Of a stretch of 59,138 bases of DNA, positions 1-9,291 are shown in pieces. This DNA comes from a virus. Taxonomy: Duplodnaviria; Caudoviricetes. Under the pieces are notes generated by a model that worked only from the letters and a program-made list of their open reading frames with translations, did not search any database and was not told the DNA's origin. Position 1 is the stretch's first letter, and each line of letters starts with the position of its first letter. The position numbers and the translations under genes were made by a program. Where the stretch lies: positions 1 to 59,138 of the IMG/VR virus record IMGVR_UViG_3300035228_000525, one strand, 5' to 3'.

Positions 1-452
1 ACATCATCTGGTAAGTGTCCCCATAATTTTTTTGTATCTTCGTACCATCCAGTGCTTAATTGAGGTCCGCAAGATCTACAACGCATATTACATATATTTG
101 AAAATCTAAAATCCCAATAAACAATAGACAAATCATCTAACGAACCGTCTGGATTTGTTTCTGCGGGCCTATGTGCATGTTTTCGAAACCTAGTTGAAAA
201 AAAATGTCTAAGACTATCTTGTCCGTGGCTTTCGAGTTCAATACACTTACTACATGTTTTTAAAGGTAAGTTGCCTTTTAACATGCTTAGTCTCATGTCT
301 TTCATTTCTTGAGAATTCCAAACTTGTTCTAATGTTTGATTTTTAAGATTTCCTACCGGATTTTCCATTGGTGCTAAACAACAAGGATAAACATCATTGT
401 TAGGCCATGTATGTAAGTGTGTCCAAGGTGCTAGACAAATTTTATCAGTCAT
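1..452 (-). CDS. Radical SAM protein with N-terminal twitch/SPASM-like domain (partial; runs off the window start)
   Basis: Not in the ORF track; translated by hand from ATG at 452: MTDKICLAPWTHLHTWPNNDVYPCC...TCSKC...WDFRFSNICNMRCRSCGPQLSTGW. Contains CxxxCxxC plus an N-terminal C..PCC..CxxC auxiliary-cluster pattern. Start overlaps the TGA of the upstream gene. Confidence 0.9.
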   Translation of the reverse strand, partial: MTDKICLAPWTHLHTWPNNDVYPCCLAPMENPVGNLKNQTLEQVWNSQEMKDMRLSMLKGNLPLKTCSKCIELESHGQDSLRHFFSTRFRKHAHRPAETNPDGSLDDLSIVYWDFRFSNICNMRCRSCGPQLSTGWYEDTKKLWGHLPDD

Positions 453-1890
453 ACGTTGCTAGTTCCTTATCAATATTCTTATTATTAGGGTTTAATATCC
501 AACCTTCTTTTTCTGCAAGTTCCATAATACTTGAATCTGTATTAGGAATACTATCAACCCAATCAGTAAGAATTTTAGGAAATACATCTAAACTTCTATG
601 TCGACGTAAATCGTACTGTGCATAAAATGTTTTAAAGTCACGCCATAGTGTTACAGGATTACTTGTACGCCTATGTGGAGCATCTACAGTTACTAAGTAA
701 TCAATTAGTCGTTCAATACTCGCCTTTTCGTGTTCATGCCATAACTTTTTATGCTTGTTTGCATTGTACCAATCATTTAGTTTATTATAACAATAGTCTT
801 TAAGATGTACTGGTAATGCTAGTGGACTTTGGAAACTTGGAAAACGTAGCAAATTTAAACTTACTGTTGGTGTTTTTGTTCCTGTGCGTTCTTTTAATTT
901 ATAAATCTCATCAAGAAATTCTGTAATACTAAACAAGCATAAACTATTAATAGTCATCATACAATGTAATTCTACTTCAGTTTCATCTAAAATACGTGTT
1001 ACATTGTTTAACCACATATCGTAATCTAATCCATCACGGATATATTCGGCCTGGTCGCCAACTGCTTCACAACTAGTATAGATATGAAACTTTTTTATTC
1101 CTTGTGCTTTTTCTATTAACTTGTCTATAATTTTATCTTTTGCAATTAAATTACTATTGATCGCAAATCGCATATCTGACTTTTGTTTAGCATACCAATC
1201 AAATAGTTTCCAAGTGTTTCCACTCATTAACGGCTCACCGCCAGTAATACGTAATTCGTCTAAGCTATCTGCAAGACCATTATCCCACCATTTCCAAAAT
1301 GCTTGTATGTAAGGATTATCTGCATCATCATCATATGGAGCGGCCCAGTCACCGTTATGTTTGAATGCACCAGCACCGTCACTAACTAAATTTTCATAAG
1401 GGCCGTGTTTATTAATATCCTTTGCCCAAGTAGTGCTAAAACTAGCATTACAATAACTACATGCTAAATTACAAACTCTATCAAATGCAATTTCAAATGT
1501 TTTAAGATTAGCATTTTCATTCCAGTCTGCATCATATGCGGCTTGTAGTTCTTCGTCTGTATAAATGATAGTTTTAAAAGTACGATCACTTACAGCATTT
1601 TTTTTCATATCTTCCATCTTCCAGCAATACTCACACTCTGCAGGGCGTTCGCCTGTTTGCATTTGTCTACGCATCTCTTTCTTATGATTAGTATTATGAA
1701 TTGCTGTGTAGTTTTCTTCTACTTCTTCTAATGGAATCTGATGTGCTGGTGGATGGTGACAACTAGCAGTTGTGCCACTACCTAGCCAAGTAGTAGCGTT
1801 AAACCATTTTGCTCCGCAAAAACTTACACTTTTAGGGTCTATTACACGTTGTCGATATTGTAATAAACTTTCGTCGTCTCTAGCCGGCAT
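445..1890 (-). CDS. Radical SAM protein, N-terminal twitch/SPASM-like domain
   Basis: CNLACSYC motif, ITGGEP, N-terminal FC..SCHHP..CEYC; clear paralog of 1880-3256. Confidence 0.9.
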   Translation of the reverse strand: MPARDDESLLQYRQRVIDPKSVSFCGAKWFNATTWLGSGTTASCHHPPAHQIPLEEVEENYTAIHNTNHKKEMRRQMQTGERPAECEYCWKMEDMKKNAVSDRTFKTIIYTDEELQAAYDADWNENANLKTFEIAFDRVCNLACSYCNASFSTTWAKDINKHGPYENLVSDGAGAFKHNGDWAAPYDDDADNPYIQAFWKWWDNGLADSLDELRITGGEPLMSGNTWKLFDWYAKQKSDMRFAINSNLIAKDKIIDKLIEKAQGIKKFHIYTSCEAVGDQAEYIRDGLDYDMWLNNVTRILDETEVELHCMMTINSLCLFSITEFLDEIYKLKERTGTKTPTVSLNLLRFPSFQSPLALPVHLKDYCYNKLNDWYNANKHKKLWHEHEKASIERLIDYLVTVDAPHRRTSNPVTLWRDFKTFYAQYDLRRHRSLDVFPKILTDWVDSIPNTDSSIMELAEKEGWILNPNNKNIDKELATYD

Positions 1891-3256
1891 ACCAATCCTT
1901 TAATAATGTTGCGTACTCGGGAAAAGTATTTTTAAAGTTTTTTCCTCGACGTTTATCGTACTCTACTATATATCTGCAAAAACGTTCACGATACTCTATA
2001 GCTGGCTCAGTATTTCTAAGATAGTTACATAATCTTTTTATTTGATCAAACTCTTCTAAATAAATTCTAGCATATTTTTCTTTGCTATAATATTTTAACC
2101 AATTCTTGCAGGTTGTTTCAATTTCGTCAGCATATTGTGTACGCTGTTCTTTATCTAACAGTATAGTTTGTAAATGATGAGGCCATCTTAAATAGTTTAT
2201 ACTTAAAGGTATTCTATTGTGTTCAAAATTTAAATTGTAATTTGTTCTAAGTTCCATTACTTCTTGTATAAAATTAGAAAACTTTGGCAAACTTAACATA
2301 TTAACTGTTGTCATTATTGCTACTGTACTATTTGTTTCATACAGCATACGGTTTACATTAGCATACCAACTTTTATAATTCATACCGTCTCGTACATAAT
2401 CATTTTGATCACCGGTTGATTCTGCACTTGTGTATATGTCTAATTTTTTTAATTTGTTGTTAAAAGTAAGCTCATTACAGTAGTATATTAGTTTGTCTAT
2501 TAGCTTTGCAGGAACATTTAAATTTGTGTTAACTGCAATTTCTAATTGTGGTTGCGGATTTTCATTTATATAATCAAGTAACTTCCAAGTATCTTTTGAC
2601 ATAGTTGGTTCGCCGCCTGTGATACGTAATACTTTTAAGTGAGGCAATGCATTAGGAAACCATTTCCAAAATGCTGTTACATAAGGATTATCTTCGTTGT
2701 GTGCATAAGGAAATTTACCATTTTGCTTTAAATAATCTAAGTTGTGGGCACCGTCTGGATACTCACCGTTTTGTTTTATATCTTCCATCCACTTACTACT
2801 AATCTCAGGTGAGCAATATGCACATGCAAAATTACATGCATTACTAAAGCTAACTTCTAAGTAACTCGGATATACATTGTCTTGTGGATTACTTTTTGCA
2901 ATATCTTCAAATTTATCCCAAGCCCAGTAGTCAGCTGTTTTATAATGCCTATCTGAGAAATATTCTTTATCTAAATCTTCAATCTTCCAACAATAATCAC
3001 ATTCGGCTGGACGTTCACCTTTTAACATCATAGCACGTTGTTCTTTTTTAAATTTACTGTTGTGCAATGCCGCAGGATCTGCTTCTATTTCTTCTAACGG
3101 AATTTTATGTGGAGAAGGATGATGACAACTATGATTGTAGCCATTTTGTAAATATAATGTAGTCTGTAACCATTTAGCCGTACAGAAGCTACAACTAACA
3201 GAGTTTATTAACTCTCGTTTTAGTTTTAATTCTTCTATACGTGCTTCGTTGCTCAT
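1880..3256 (-). CDS. Radical SAM protein, N-terminal twitch/SPASM-like domain
   Basis: CNFACAYC motif, ITGGEP, N-terminal FC..SCHHP..CDYC; ends in TAG overlapping the next gene. Confidence 0.9.
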   Translation of the reverse strand: MSNEARIEELKLKRELINSVSCSFCTAKWLQTTLYLQNGYNHSCHHPSPHKIPLEEIEADPAALHNSKFKKEQRAMMLKGERPAECDYCWKIEDLDKEYFSDRHYKTADYWAWDKFEDIAKSNPQDNVYPSYLEVSFSNACNFACAYCSPEISSKWMEDIKQNGEYPDGAHNLDYLKQNGKFPYAHNEDNPYVTAFWKWFPNALPHLKVLRITGGEPTMSKDTWKLLDYINENPQPQLEIAVNTNLNVPAKLIDKLIYYCNELTFNNKLKKLDIYTSAESTGDQNDYVRDGMNYKSWYANVNRMLYETNSTVAIMTTVNMLSLPKFSNFIQEVMELRTNYNLNFEHNRIPLSINYLRWPHHLQTILLDKEQRTQYADEIETTCKNWLKYYSKEKYARIYLEEFDQIKRLCNYLRNTEPAIEYRERFCRYIVEYDKRRGKNFKNTFPEYATLLKDWYAG

Positions 3257-4170
3257 TCAGGATCAATCACAAACTGTTGTTTTGCATTTCTACTTGGATT
3301 TTGATAAACTGTTTTAAAAAACTTACTTTGTTCTGCGTCTAAAGGAACCCTTGCAATAGGAACTTCTAGTTCATTAATAAGTTTACTACCGTATTCCTCA
3401 ATAGATTCCTGTAGTCCATCCATTGATACCTTTGGTTCAACTTCTTCCCACATACTATTAAGGTATTCAAAGTCTCTTACATTTACAAAGTCCCAATCAG
3501 TACACATTGTTTTGTACAAGCCTTCGCGAGCACCATAGATTGCCCATTTGCCGTTTTCTATGTCTGATCCTATCATTAACCACACCCATAACCTATGTAA
3601 ATTTTTCCAATGACCTTCTAAGAATGCTTCTTTAGTTGGCTTTACTCCTTGATCAAGCGCCATCTTTACACCTTCTCTAAATCCAGCTCTCCATGCTTGA
3701 TGCGGAGTTTCGTTATTATATACATCACTATACCAACTGTTTTGCTGTATGTATTTTAAGTCCCAACAAAAATCTACTTGAGCATTAGGATTATTAGGGT
3801 CGGCATTTTCATGTGTTTTCATATCTAACACGTATTGTTTAGGCCAACATTTTAATCCACCGTTGCCGTACATAAGTCCATTAATAACATTACGGCCACA
3901 CCAACTAATTACACTGTGTTCTAAATCTGCATGTTCATCAAAGTTTAAAACTTGGTTTAAAAATTCTGGTTTAATAATATTATCACCGTCTACAGTAATA
4001 AATCGACTTGTTTCACTTAGATTTGCACAGGCTTTGTGTGCCGCGTCTGATCCTTCAACTCCATGTACACGTTTTGCCCAGGGCACTTTACTTAATAAGT
4101 CTGCATAATTTTTTTCTGCATTTGGCTCGTCATAACTTAAATAAATTATATCGTAATCTATAATCTTCAT
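3253..4170 (-). CDS. Glycosyltransferase-like protein (GT-A fold, GT2-like)
   Basis: DIIYLSYDE N-terminal strand, AHKACA..FITVDGDN DxD motif, GNGGLKCW; sits among other GT-like genes. Confidence 0.65.
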   Translation of the reverse strand: MKIIDYDIIYLSYDEPNAEKNYADLLSKVPWAKRVHGVEGSDAAHKACANLSETSRFITVDGDNIIKPEFLNQVLNFDEHADLEHSVISWCGRNVINGLMYGNGGLKCWPKQYVLDMKTHENADPNNPNAQVDFCWDLKYIQQNSWYSDVYNNETPHQAWRAGFREGVKMALDQGVKPTKEAFLEGHWKNLHRLWVWLMIGSDIENGKWAIYGAREGLYKTMCTDWDFVNVRDFEYLNSMWEEVEPKVSMDGLQESIEEYGSKLINELEVPIARVPLDAEQSKFFKTVYQNPSRNAKQQFVIDPE

Positions 4171-4793
4171 ACAAGTTCTCCTACTTTGTGATGATAAGTT
4201 AAAAAATCTCTTCTAACTAATAACCTAACATCTTGTGTTACTATCTTTTTATCAATATCAGGAATAGTATATGCCGGCGATGTTGCTACTTCGACTAACT
4301 CTCCTGTTTCAATTCTTTCTGCTTCAGTAAGCCATCCTTCATTTTTTGTAAGAACAAATTTTGCTGGAATTTTAATTGTATCTAATAATACAAATCTGTT
4401 ATCTTTAGATATTACATAAAATGTAAATATCTTTTTTTCAATTTGTTCTTTTGGCATTAGTAAGAAATTTTCTATAACATCATTACTAAGATAACATTGT
4501 GCATACCAATGTTTATTCTTTTTATCCTGTGTTATCATTAGACAATTTTCTATTAGCTTATCAGTTAATTCAATTGGTATTCTCGAGTCTGTATATTTTT
4601 CTAATTCAATTTCTGCTTTAAGTGTTAGTTTACCACTTATTACTTTGTAATTTATGTAATTAATTTTTTCTTCAACAAATGCAATAAACATTTCTTCATC
4701 AATTAAGATACACATATCACTAGTAGTATCATCAAGCTCATTAGTAACCTGTGTTACTTCACAAGTTTCATTGTAATATGCATAATAGTTCAT
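4167..4793 (-). CDS. Hypothetical protein
   Basis: 208-aa ORF with ATGA overlaps at both ends in the operon; no recognised motif. Confidence 0.75.
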   Translation of the reverse strand: MNYYAYYNETCEVTQVTNELDDTTSDMCILIDEEMFIAFVEEKINYINYKVISGKLTLKAEIELEKYTDSRIPIELTDKLIENCLMITQDKKNKHWYAQCYLSNDVIENFLLMPKEQIEKKIFTFYVISKDNRFVLLDTIKIPAKFVLTKNEGWLTEAERIETGELVEVATSPAYTIPDIDKKIVTQDVRLLVRRDFLTYHHKVGELV

Positions 4794-5647
4794 ACTGCTT
4801 CCTCTAGTGTGTGTAATATCTTATCTGTTAAAAATTCATCTTCAACGTAATGAAATATTCCTGATTGTTTAATTCCGCCAACTATTAAATTAAGATCTGT
4901 ATTAAAATCTACAAATAAACTGTCTGTCCATTTGCTACCAATATCAACATTTTGTAATCTTGGTTTCATATGTGTAAATTCAAGTATGCTATTATTGTCG
5001 CCAATAGTATATGATCTATCTAATAGCTTTGCAGTTATAGCAGTACACACATCAAAGCTACACCACTCTTGTGGTATTTTACTTAAACTAATTTTGTAAA
5101 AATCTCCCCAATTCCACATAACAGTTTTTAATAATCCAAAGAATTGCTTAGTTGATTCACACTTTTTAAAATAATACATACCTGAATATAAATTAGGCAA
5201 CTCGTTTGCATCAAAAGTTTTTCTATAGTATCTATTTGTAATAACTTCATTTCTATAATTAACTACCTGTGTAGTAAACAATATATCATGATCAACATTA
5301 TTCTTTTGGATTTGATTCCAGTAAATATCTAAATCTTCAAGTACTATCATATCAACATCAAATACTATTGTATTTCTATAAGGCGTAGCATGATATACTT
5401 TCCAACGATTTTCAATTTTCCAATTACTTTTACTAGCACTATCGTCCCAAGGAATAGGAATAATTTGATCAAAAACTTTTTTATAACTTTCGTCTACAGT
5501 ATCATTAGTAATAAGACTTACTTTTTGTTTAGGAGACTTTGCAACAATACTTAATGCAAGTGCATATGCTTGTCTAACATAATTAGTTTGATCATTATTT
5601 TGTGCTAGTAAACAAACACCGTTACTCATTTGCAAATACCTTATCAA
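4790..5647 (-). CDS. Glycosyltransferase-like protein (GT-A, GT8/mannosyltransferase-like)
   Basis: AYALALSI..VSLIT..FDQII..TPYRNTIVFDVDM (DxD)..YSGMYYFKK; paralog of 5622-6470. True start is probably the second Met (MSNGV, 5629). Confidence 0.7.
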   Translation of the reverse strand: MIRYLQMSNGVCLLAQNNDQTNYVRQAYALALSIVAKSPKQKVSLITNDTVDESYKKVFDQIIPIPWDDSASKSNWKIENRWKVYHATPYRNTIVFDVDMIVLEDLDIYWNQIQKNNVDHDILFTTQVVNYRNEVITNRYYRKTFDANELPNLYSGMYYFKKCESTKQFFGLLKTVMWNWGDFYKISLSKIPQEWCSFDVCTAITAKLLDRSYTIGDNNSILEFTHMKPRLQNVDIGSKWTDSLFVDFNTDLNLIVGGIKQSGIFHYVEDEFLTDKILHTLEEAV

Positions 5648-6470
5648 TACATCTTTCTAATGAAAATTTATTCATTACATGCACATTAGCGTCACTAATT
5701 GTTCCGGCTTGATAATCATATTCTTTATGTAGGAGCAATGTTAATTTTGTTTTATCTATTGAATGTAAAATATCTGTATCTACAGTAATCCAAATGCTTG
5801 CTGGAACACGTAATGGCCATGTAGAGTCTTTCATTCCACGTAACATATGTATTGCAATACTAAATGCATAATCATTTCTAAATTTAACTTCTGGAATTTC
5901 ATAAACTAATCTATAAAAGTGCCAATTTTCTTTTATATGCTCAATAAGGTCAAAGAACACATTTGTAAATGCTGTTTTTTTAAAATAAAATGCTGTAGCC
6001 CAAAACATATCACATGTTGTATCTGAAACTTTGTTAAATTCTGAGTAGTCACGTTTCATATCAACAAAGTTATAATCTTTTGATATTAAAAAATCTTCGT
6101 TTGAATTAAAACATCTGTTCAATTCGTCATTAAACAATAATACATCAGTATCTATTACAATAGTTTCGTCAAATGGTGTTAAGTCGTAGCAAGAGCTTCT
6201 GTTTGTGTTATACCAACGCTGTCTATCACTGTGATATAGCCCATCATTGTATATTCTTTCTTGTACGTTGTCTTCGTGACCAGTAGTAATGACATGATCA
6301 ATATACTTTTCATAAAAAGGATACTGACGCTGAATATATTCTTCGTTATCAGTTACTAGTGCAACATCTTTATTAAGATATTTTTTAATAAGTTTTGCAC
6401 AATATATAGCTTGCTTTGTATAATCCATATTTTTAGAATTATATGCAAATAACAGTATACCTTGCGTCAT
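5622..6470 (-). CDS. Glycosyltransferase-like protein (GT-A, GT8/mannosyltransferase-like)
   Basis: GILLFA..VALVTD..TPFDETIVIDTDVLL (DxD)..FWATAFYFKK..RNDYAFSIA. Confidence 0.7.
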   Translation of the reverse strand: MTQGILLFAYNSKNMDYTKQAIYCAKLIKKYLNKDVALVTDNEEYIQRQYPFYEKYIDHVITTGHEDNVQERIYNDGLYHSDRQRWYNTNRSSCYDLTPFDETIVIDTDVLLFNDELNRCFNSNEDFLISKDYNFVDMKRDYSEFNKVSDTTCDMFWATAFYFKKTAFTNVFFDLIEHIKENWHFYRLVYEIPEVKFRNDYAFSIAIHMLRGMKDSTWPLRVPASIWITVDTDILHSIDKTKLTLLLHKEYDYQAGTISDANVHVMNKFSLERCIDKVFANE

Positions 6471-6802
6471 AGATCAATTAGTTCCTCTACCGATCTTTTT
6501 GATTTAATTTTTTTAAATTCCATAAGATACTTACGTGAAGCAGTATCATACATTGCTGTTATTTTTTTAGTAAAATCCTCTACATCATTAATAAGCATTG
6601 GTGTTTTATTATCATCAATAACTACGACTGGCGATGTTTTATTAGAACAATAGTTAATCAATGATAGATCTACACTAATTTTATGACCATCAAAGTAATA
6701 AATTAGGTTATCTTTGTACTGCTTATGCAATATATTCTTTTGATTTTGATGTGTTTCTAACGCTTTGCTAACATCTAACGCTTTGGCTAGTCGTTCGTCC
6801 AT
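6467..6802 (-). CDS. Hypothetical protein, first gene of the GT/radical SAM operon
   Basis: 111-aa ORF with AGGAG RBS, directly downstream of a sigma70-type promoter; ATGA overlap with the next gene. Confidence 0.8.
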   Translation of the reverse strand: MDERLAKALDVSKALETHQNQKNILHKQYKDNLIYYFDGHKISVDLSLINYCSNKTSPVVVIDDNKTPMLINDVEDFTKKITAMYDTASRKYLMEFKKIKSKRSVEELIDL

Positions 6803-6831
6803 GTGTACTCCTAAAGATATCTATACTATAT

Positions 6832-6860
6832 AGTATATACTAAATCTTAAGGATTGTCAA
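6832..6860 (-). promoter_or_regulatory. Sigma70-type promoter TTGACA-17-TATACT
   Basis: Minus-strand TTGACA at 6860-6855, 17-nt spacer, TATACT at 6837-6832, in the gap upstream of 6802. Confidence 0.8.
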
Positions 6861-6863
6861 TGG

Positions 6864-7754
6864 TTAAAGTGAAGATACTGTTACAAAACTAGGTGCGGCT
6901 ACTGATACATATACTCCACTTGCACGAGTAAACTTAACTGTACTAGTTAATGTACCATTAACTTGCTCGTCAAAGTTTGGATTACCTGCGGCTTCTTCTT
7001 GAAATAATAATGTAAACTCGATTTGTGTGCCTGAATTTGCTTTTGCATATACATAATAGTCATTTGCACTATATACACCGCTTCCAGGTTTCCTAAACAA
7101 TGTTTGATTTGATCCTGTTAGATCAAAATTACCTATACTTGACGTTGTTCCTGTACCAGTTGTGCTAGTTGCAGTATAATTCATTGAAATAGTACCCATA
7201 TTAGATAACATGTTTGCCCAATCATTTGACTTTGCACCACTTTGACCTGATAAAGATGCTTCAAATTTAATTGATCCGCCACTATTAAAAAAATGTCTAC
7301 GTGCATCAGCACTTGCAAAATCAACTCTTACAATATGAGAAATATCTGTGTTCCATTGTGCAGTTCTACTACTAGTAATTCCTGTACCGCTAGTTGACTG
7401 TCCGGCGGCTAAGCTAAATCTTGTTGGGTCTGCTTCAAAAGTAGTTATTAATGCTTCAAAATCAGCAAATCCTTTTGTTACATCGCCGTCACTTGCTCCG
7501 TCTCCAATAGTATCACCTATTACAATTTGTGATACACTGTTAGGAGTTCCGCCTGTTTGATGTATTCTGCCAGCTACGAGATCCGTATACAAATCATTTA
7601 CATGTTGTGCTGTAACTGTTAATGCTGTACTGACCTGCGAACTATTTAATGTTTGTCCATAACCTTCAGTTGTTGACCCAGTGCCCATAATTGCCGCAAC
7701 TCTTGCTTGAGCATTATTGTACCTTGCCGCTGTAATTATGTCGCCTACTGCCAT
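6864..7754 (-). CDS. Putative virion structural protein (tail/fibre associated)
   Basis: Gly/Ser/Thr-rich beta-type composition, AAGGA RBS, preceded by a perfect TATAAATA, follows the fibre genes. Confidence 0.6.
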   Translation of the reverse strand: MAVGDIITAARYNNAQARVAAIMGTGSTTEGYGQTLNSSQVSTALTVTAQHVNDLYTDLVAGRIHQTGGTPNSVSQIVIGDTIGDGASDGDVTKGFADFEALITTFEADPTRFSLAAGQSTSGTGITSSRTAQWNTDISHIVRVDFASADARRHFFNSGGSIKFEASLSGQSGAKSNDWANMLSNMGTISMNYTATSTTGTGTTSSIGNFDLTGSNQTLFRKPGSGVYSANDYYVYAKANSGTQIEFTLLFQEEAAGNPNFDEQVNGTLTSTVKFTRASGVYVSVAAPSFVTVSSL

Positions 7755-7783
7755 TTACTTTTCCTTAATATACGTATATAATG

Positions 7784-7791
7784 TATTTATA
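7784..7791 (-). promoter_or_regulatory. T4-type late promoter TATAAATA
   Basis: Exact T4 late consensus overlapping the stop of 7787-9256; gp55 is encoded in the window. Confidence 0.75.
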
Positions 7792-9256
7792 CTTTTAAAA
7801 CACACTCAATTAATTTTTCATCTATATCTTCGCTTGATTCAAGTGCTATTCCAACAAATGCAGTAGATGCAATAGTTGAACCTACCCCATGTGACCAAGC
7901 ATATACTGGCTGTCCTTTAGATACTGGTCCTTGTATTCTTACTGGAACTCGTCCTTTAAGTGCTATTGCTTGTCCATCAAGTGCTGAATTCATTAAGTAT
8001 GCTGGTTCAGCTGATATAACTCCAATAGCATAGTTACTTGCGCCGGCCGCTTTAGTTTCTGCTTCTCCGCCTACACACATAATTGTACCTGTTGGATGTT
8101 CTTGATCTGTGGTATAGTTTTCAGCTAAGTCAGCATAACGTGCTTGGGTTGCAATACCTTGAAATAAGTTTGCTGTTAAATTTCCTGAGGCATCTCTAAG
8201 TGCCGCAGTATTTGCTGTAGCACTTTGATCTGGTGCATAAACTGTTCCGCTTAATTTTAATGAGCTTGCACTAGAAGCATTTCCCTGAAATGATGTTGCA
8301 TAAACATTAGCCCATACATTTCCTGAAGCACCAATATCAAATGCATTTGAACTTGCTGGTGTTATTCCTAATGCTGTAAAAGTTGTAGAATGTGTTTCTG
8401 CACCTGCTGAGTTATTAGCTTTAACTTTAATAATACTGTTAGTACCAACCTGATTTGAAATTACGCCGTCATTACCGTTTTCAATCTTAATAAGTAAATC
8501 ATTACTATCACCTACTGTAAGTCCTGCATCTGCAAAACGGACAATGTCTGTAAATGATCCTGAAGAACTTAGTAAGAAATCACTTGCTAAGTTTCCACCT
8601 AATCTTAATGCATTTGAAGCAGTTCCCCAATAAACATGATCTGTAGTTGTTACACCGTTAGTAGCCGCTAAAGTGTTAATCATAGTAAGACCTTTTTTGA
8701 CTACATCAAATCCTGTAATTGCATTTGATGCATCAGTACTATCAATAGTAAATTCAATACTACTAATTAAGTAAACTACTTCATCGTTAATTGTTGCGGC
8801 AATAACACTTCTATTTGTTGATGTTGTGTCTTTAACTGTTTTACTTCGCATTTGTGTAACACCACTACCTGTACTTTGTGGTCCTACAAGTATAAATGAC
8901 GTTCCGTCAAATGCATATAATTGATTATTTCCGCTATCCCACCAAAAGTCACCTGATGTTAAACTAGTTGGCTGTGTTGCTGAAACTTCTGCTCCGCCTG
9001 TATTTTTAAATCTAGTGCCGTTATAAAACTTTAATTTTTGTACTGAACTATCATACCATACTTGCCCTGAAACAGCTTTAGGCGGTTGTGATGTTCCACT
9101 AAAATTTTCTAGTAAGAATAAAAAGTTTTCATTTTGTATTTCACCATATCCAGCATAGTTTTTACCAACAAACCGCAAATCGGAAGTTGCATCAACTGTA
9201 CCATCTTGCACTGTAGCTAACGTTGCGCCGCTGTATCTATTAATTGTGTATGCCAT
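7787..9256 (-). CDS. Tail fibre/spike-like protein with C-terminal ADLAENY (peptidase G2/intramolecular chaperone-like) domain
   Basis: Shared N-terminal fibre-anchor domain (GKNYAGYGEIQNENFLFLLENF..GQVWYD); C-terminus YADLAENY..IGVIS..PAYLMN..ALKGRVPV. Confidence 0.7.
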   Translation of the reverse strand: MAYTINRYSGATLATVQDGTVDATSDLRFVGKNYAGYGEIQNENFLFLLENFSGTSQPPKAVSGQVWYDSSVQKLKFYNGTRFKNTGGAEVSATQPTSLTSGDFWWDSGNNQLYAFDGTSFILVGPQSTGSGVTQMRSKTVKDTTSTNRSVIAATINDEVVYLISSIEFTIDSTDASNAITGFDVVKKGLTMINTLAATNGVTTTDHVYWGTASNALRLGGNLASDFLLSSSGSFTDIVRFADAGLTVGDSNDLLIKIENGNDGVISNQVGTNSIIKVKANNSAGAETHSTTFTALGITPASSNAFDIGASGNVWANVYATSFQGNASSASSLKLSGTVYAPDQSATANTAALRDASGNLTANLFQGIATQARYADLAENYTTDQEHPTGTIMCVGGEAETKAAGASNYAIGVISAEPAYLMNSALDGQAIALKGRVPVRIQGPVSKGQPVYAWSHGVGSTIASTAFVGIALESSEDIDEKLIECVLKV

Positions 9257-9282
9257 ATGTATTGTACCTCGTTATGTTTATA

Positions 9283-9290
9283 TATTTATC
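9283..9290 (-). promoter_or_regulatory. Late promoter-like GATAAATA
   Basis: TAAATA core in the gap upstream of 9256. Confidence 0.55.
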
Positions 9291-9291
9291 G

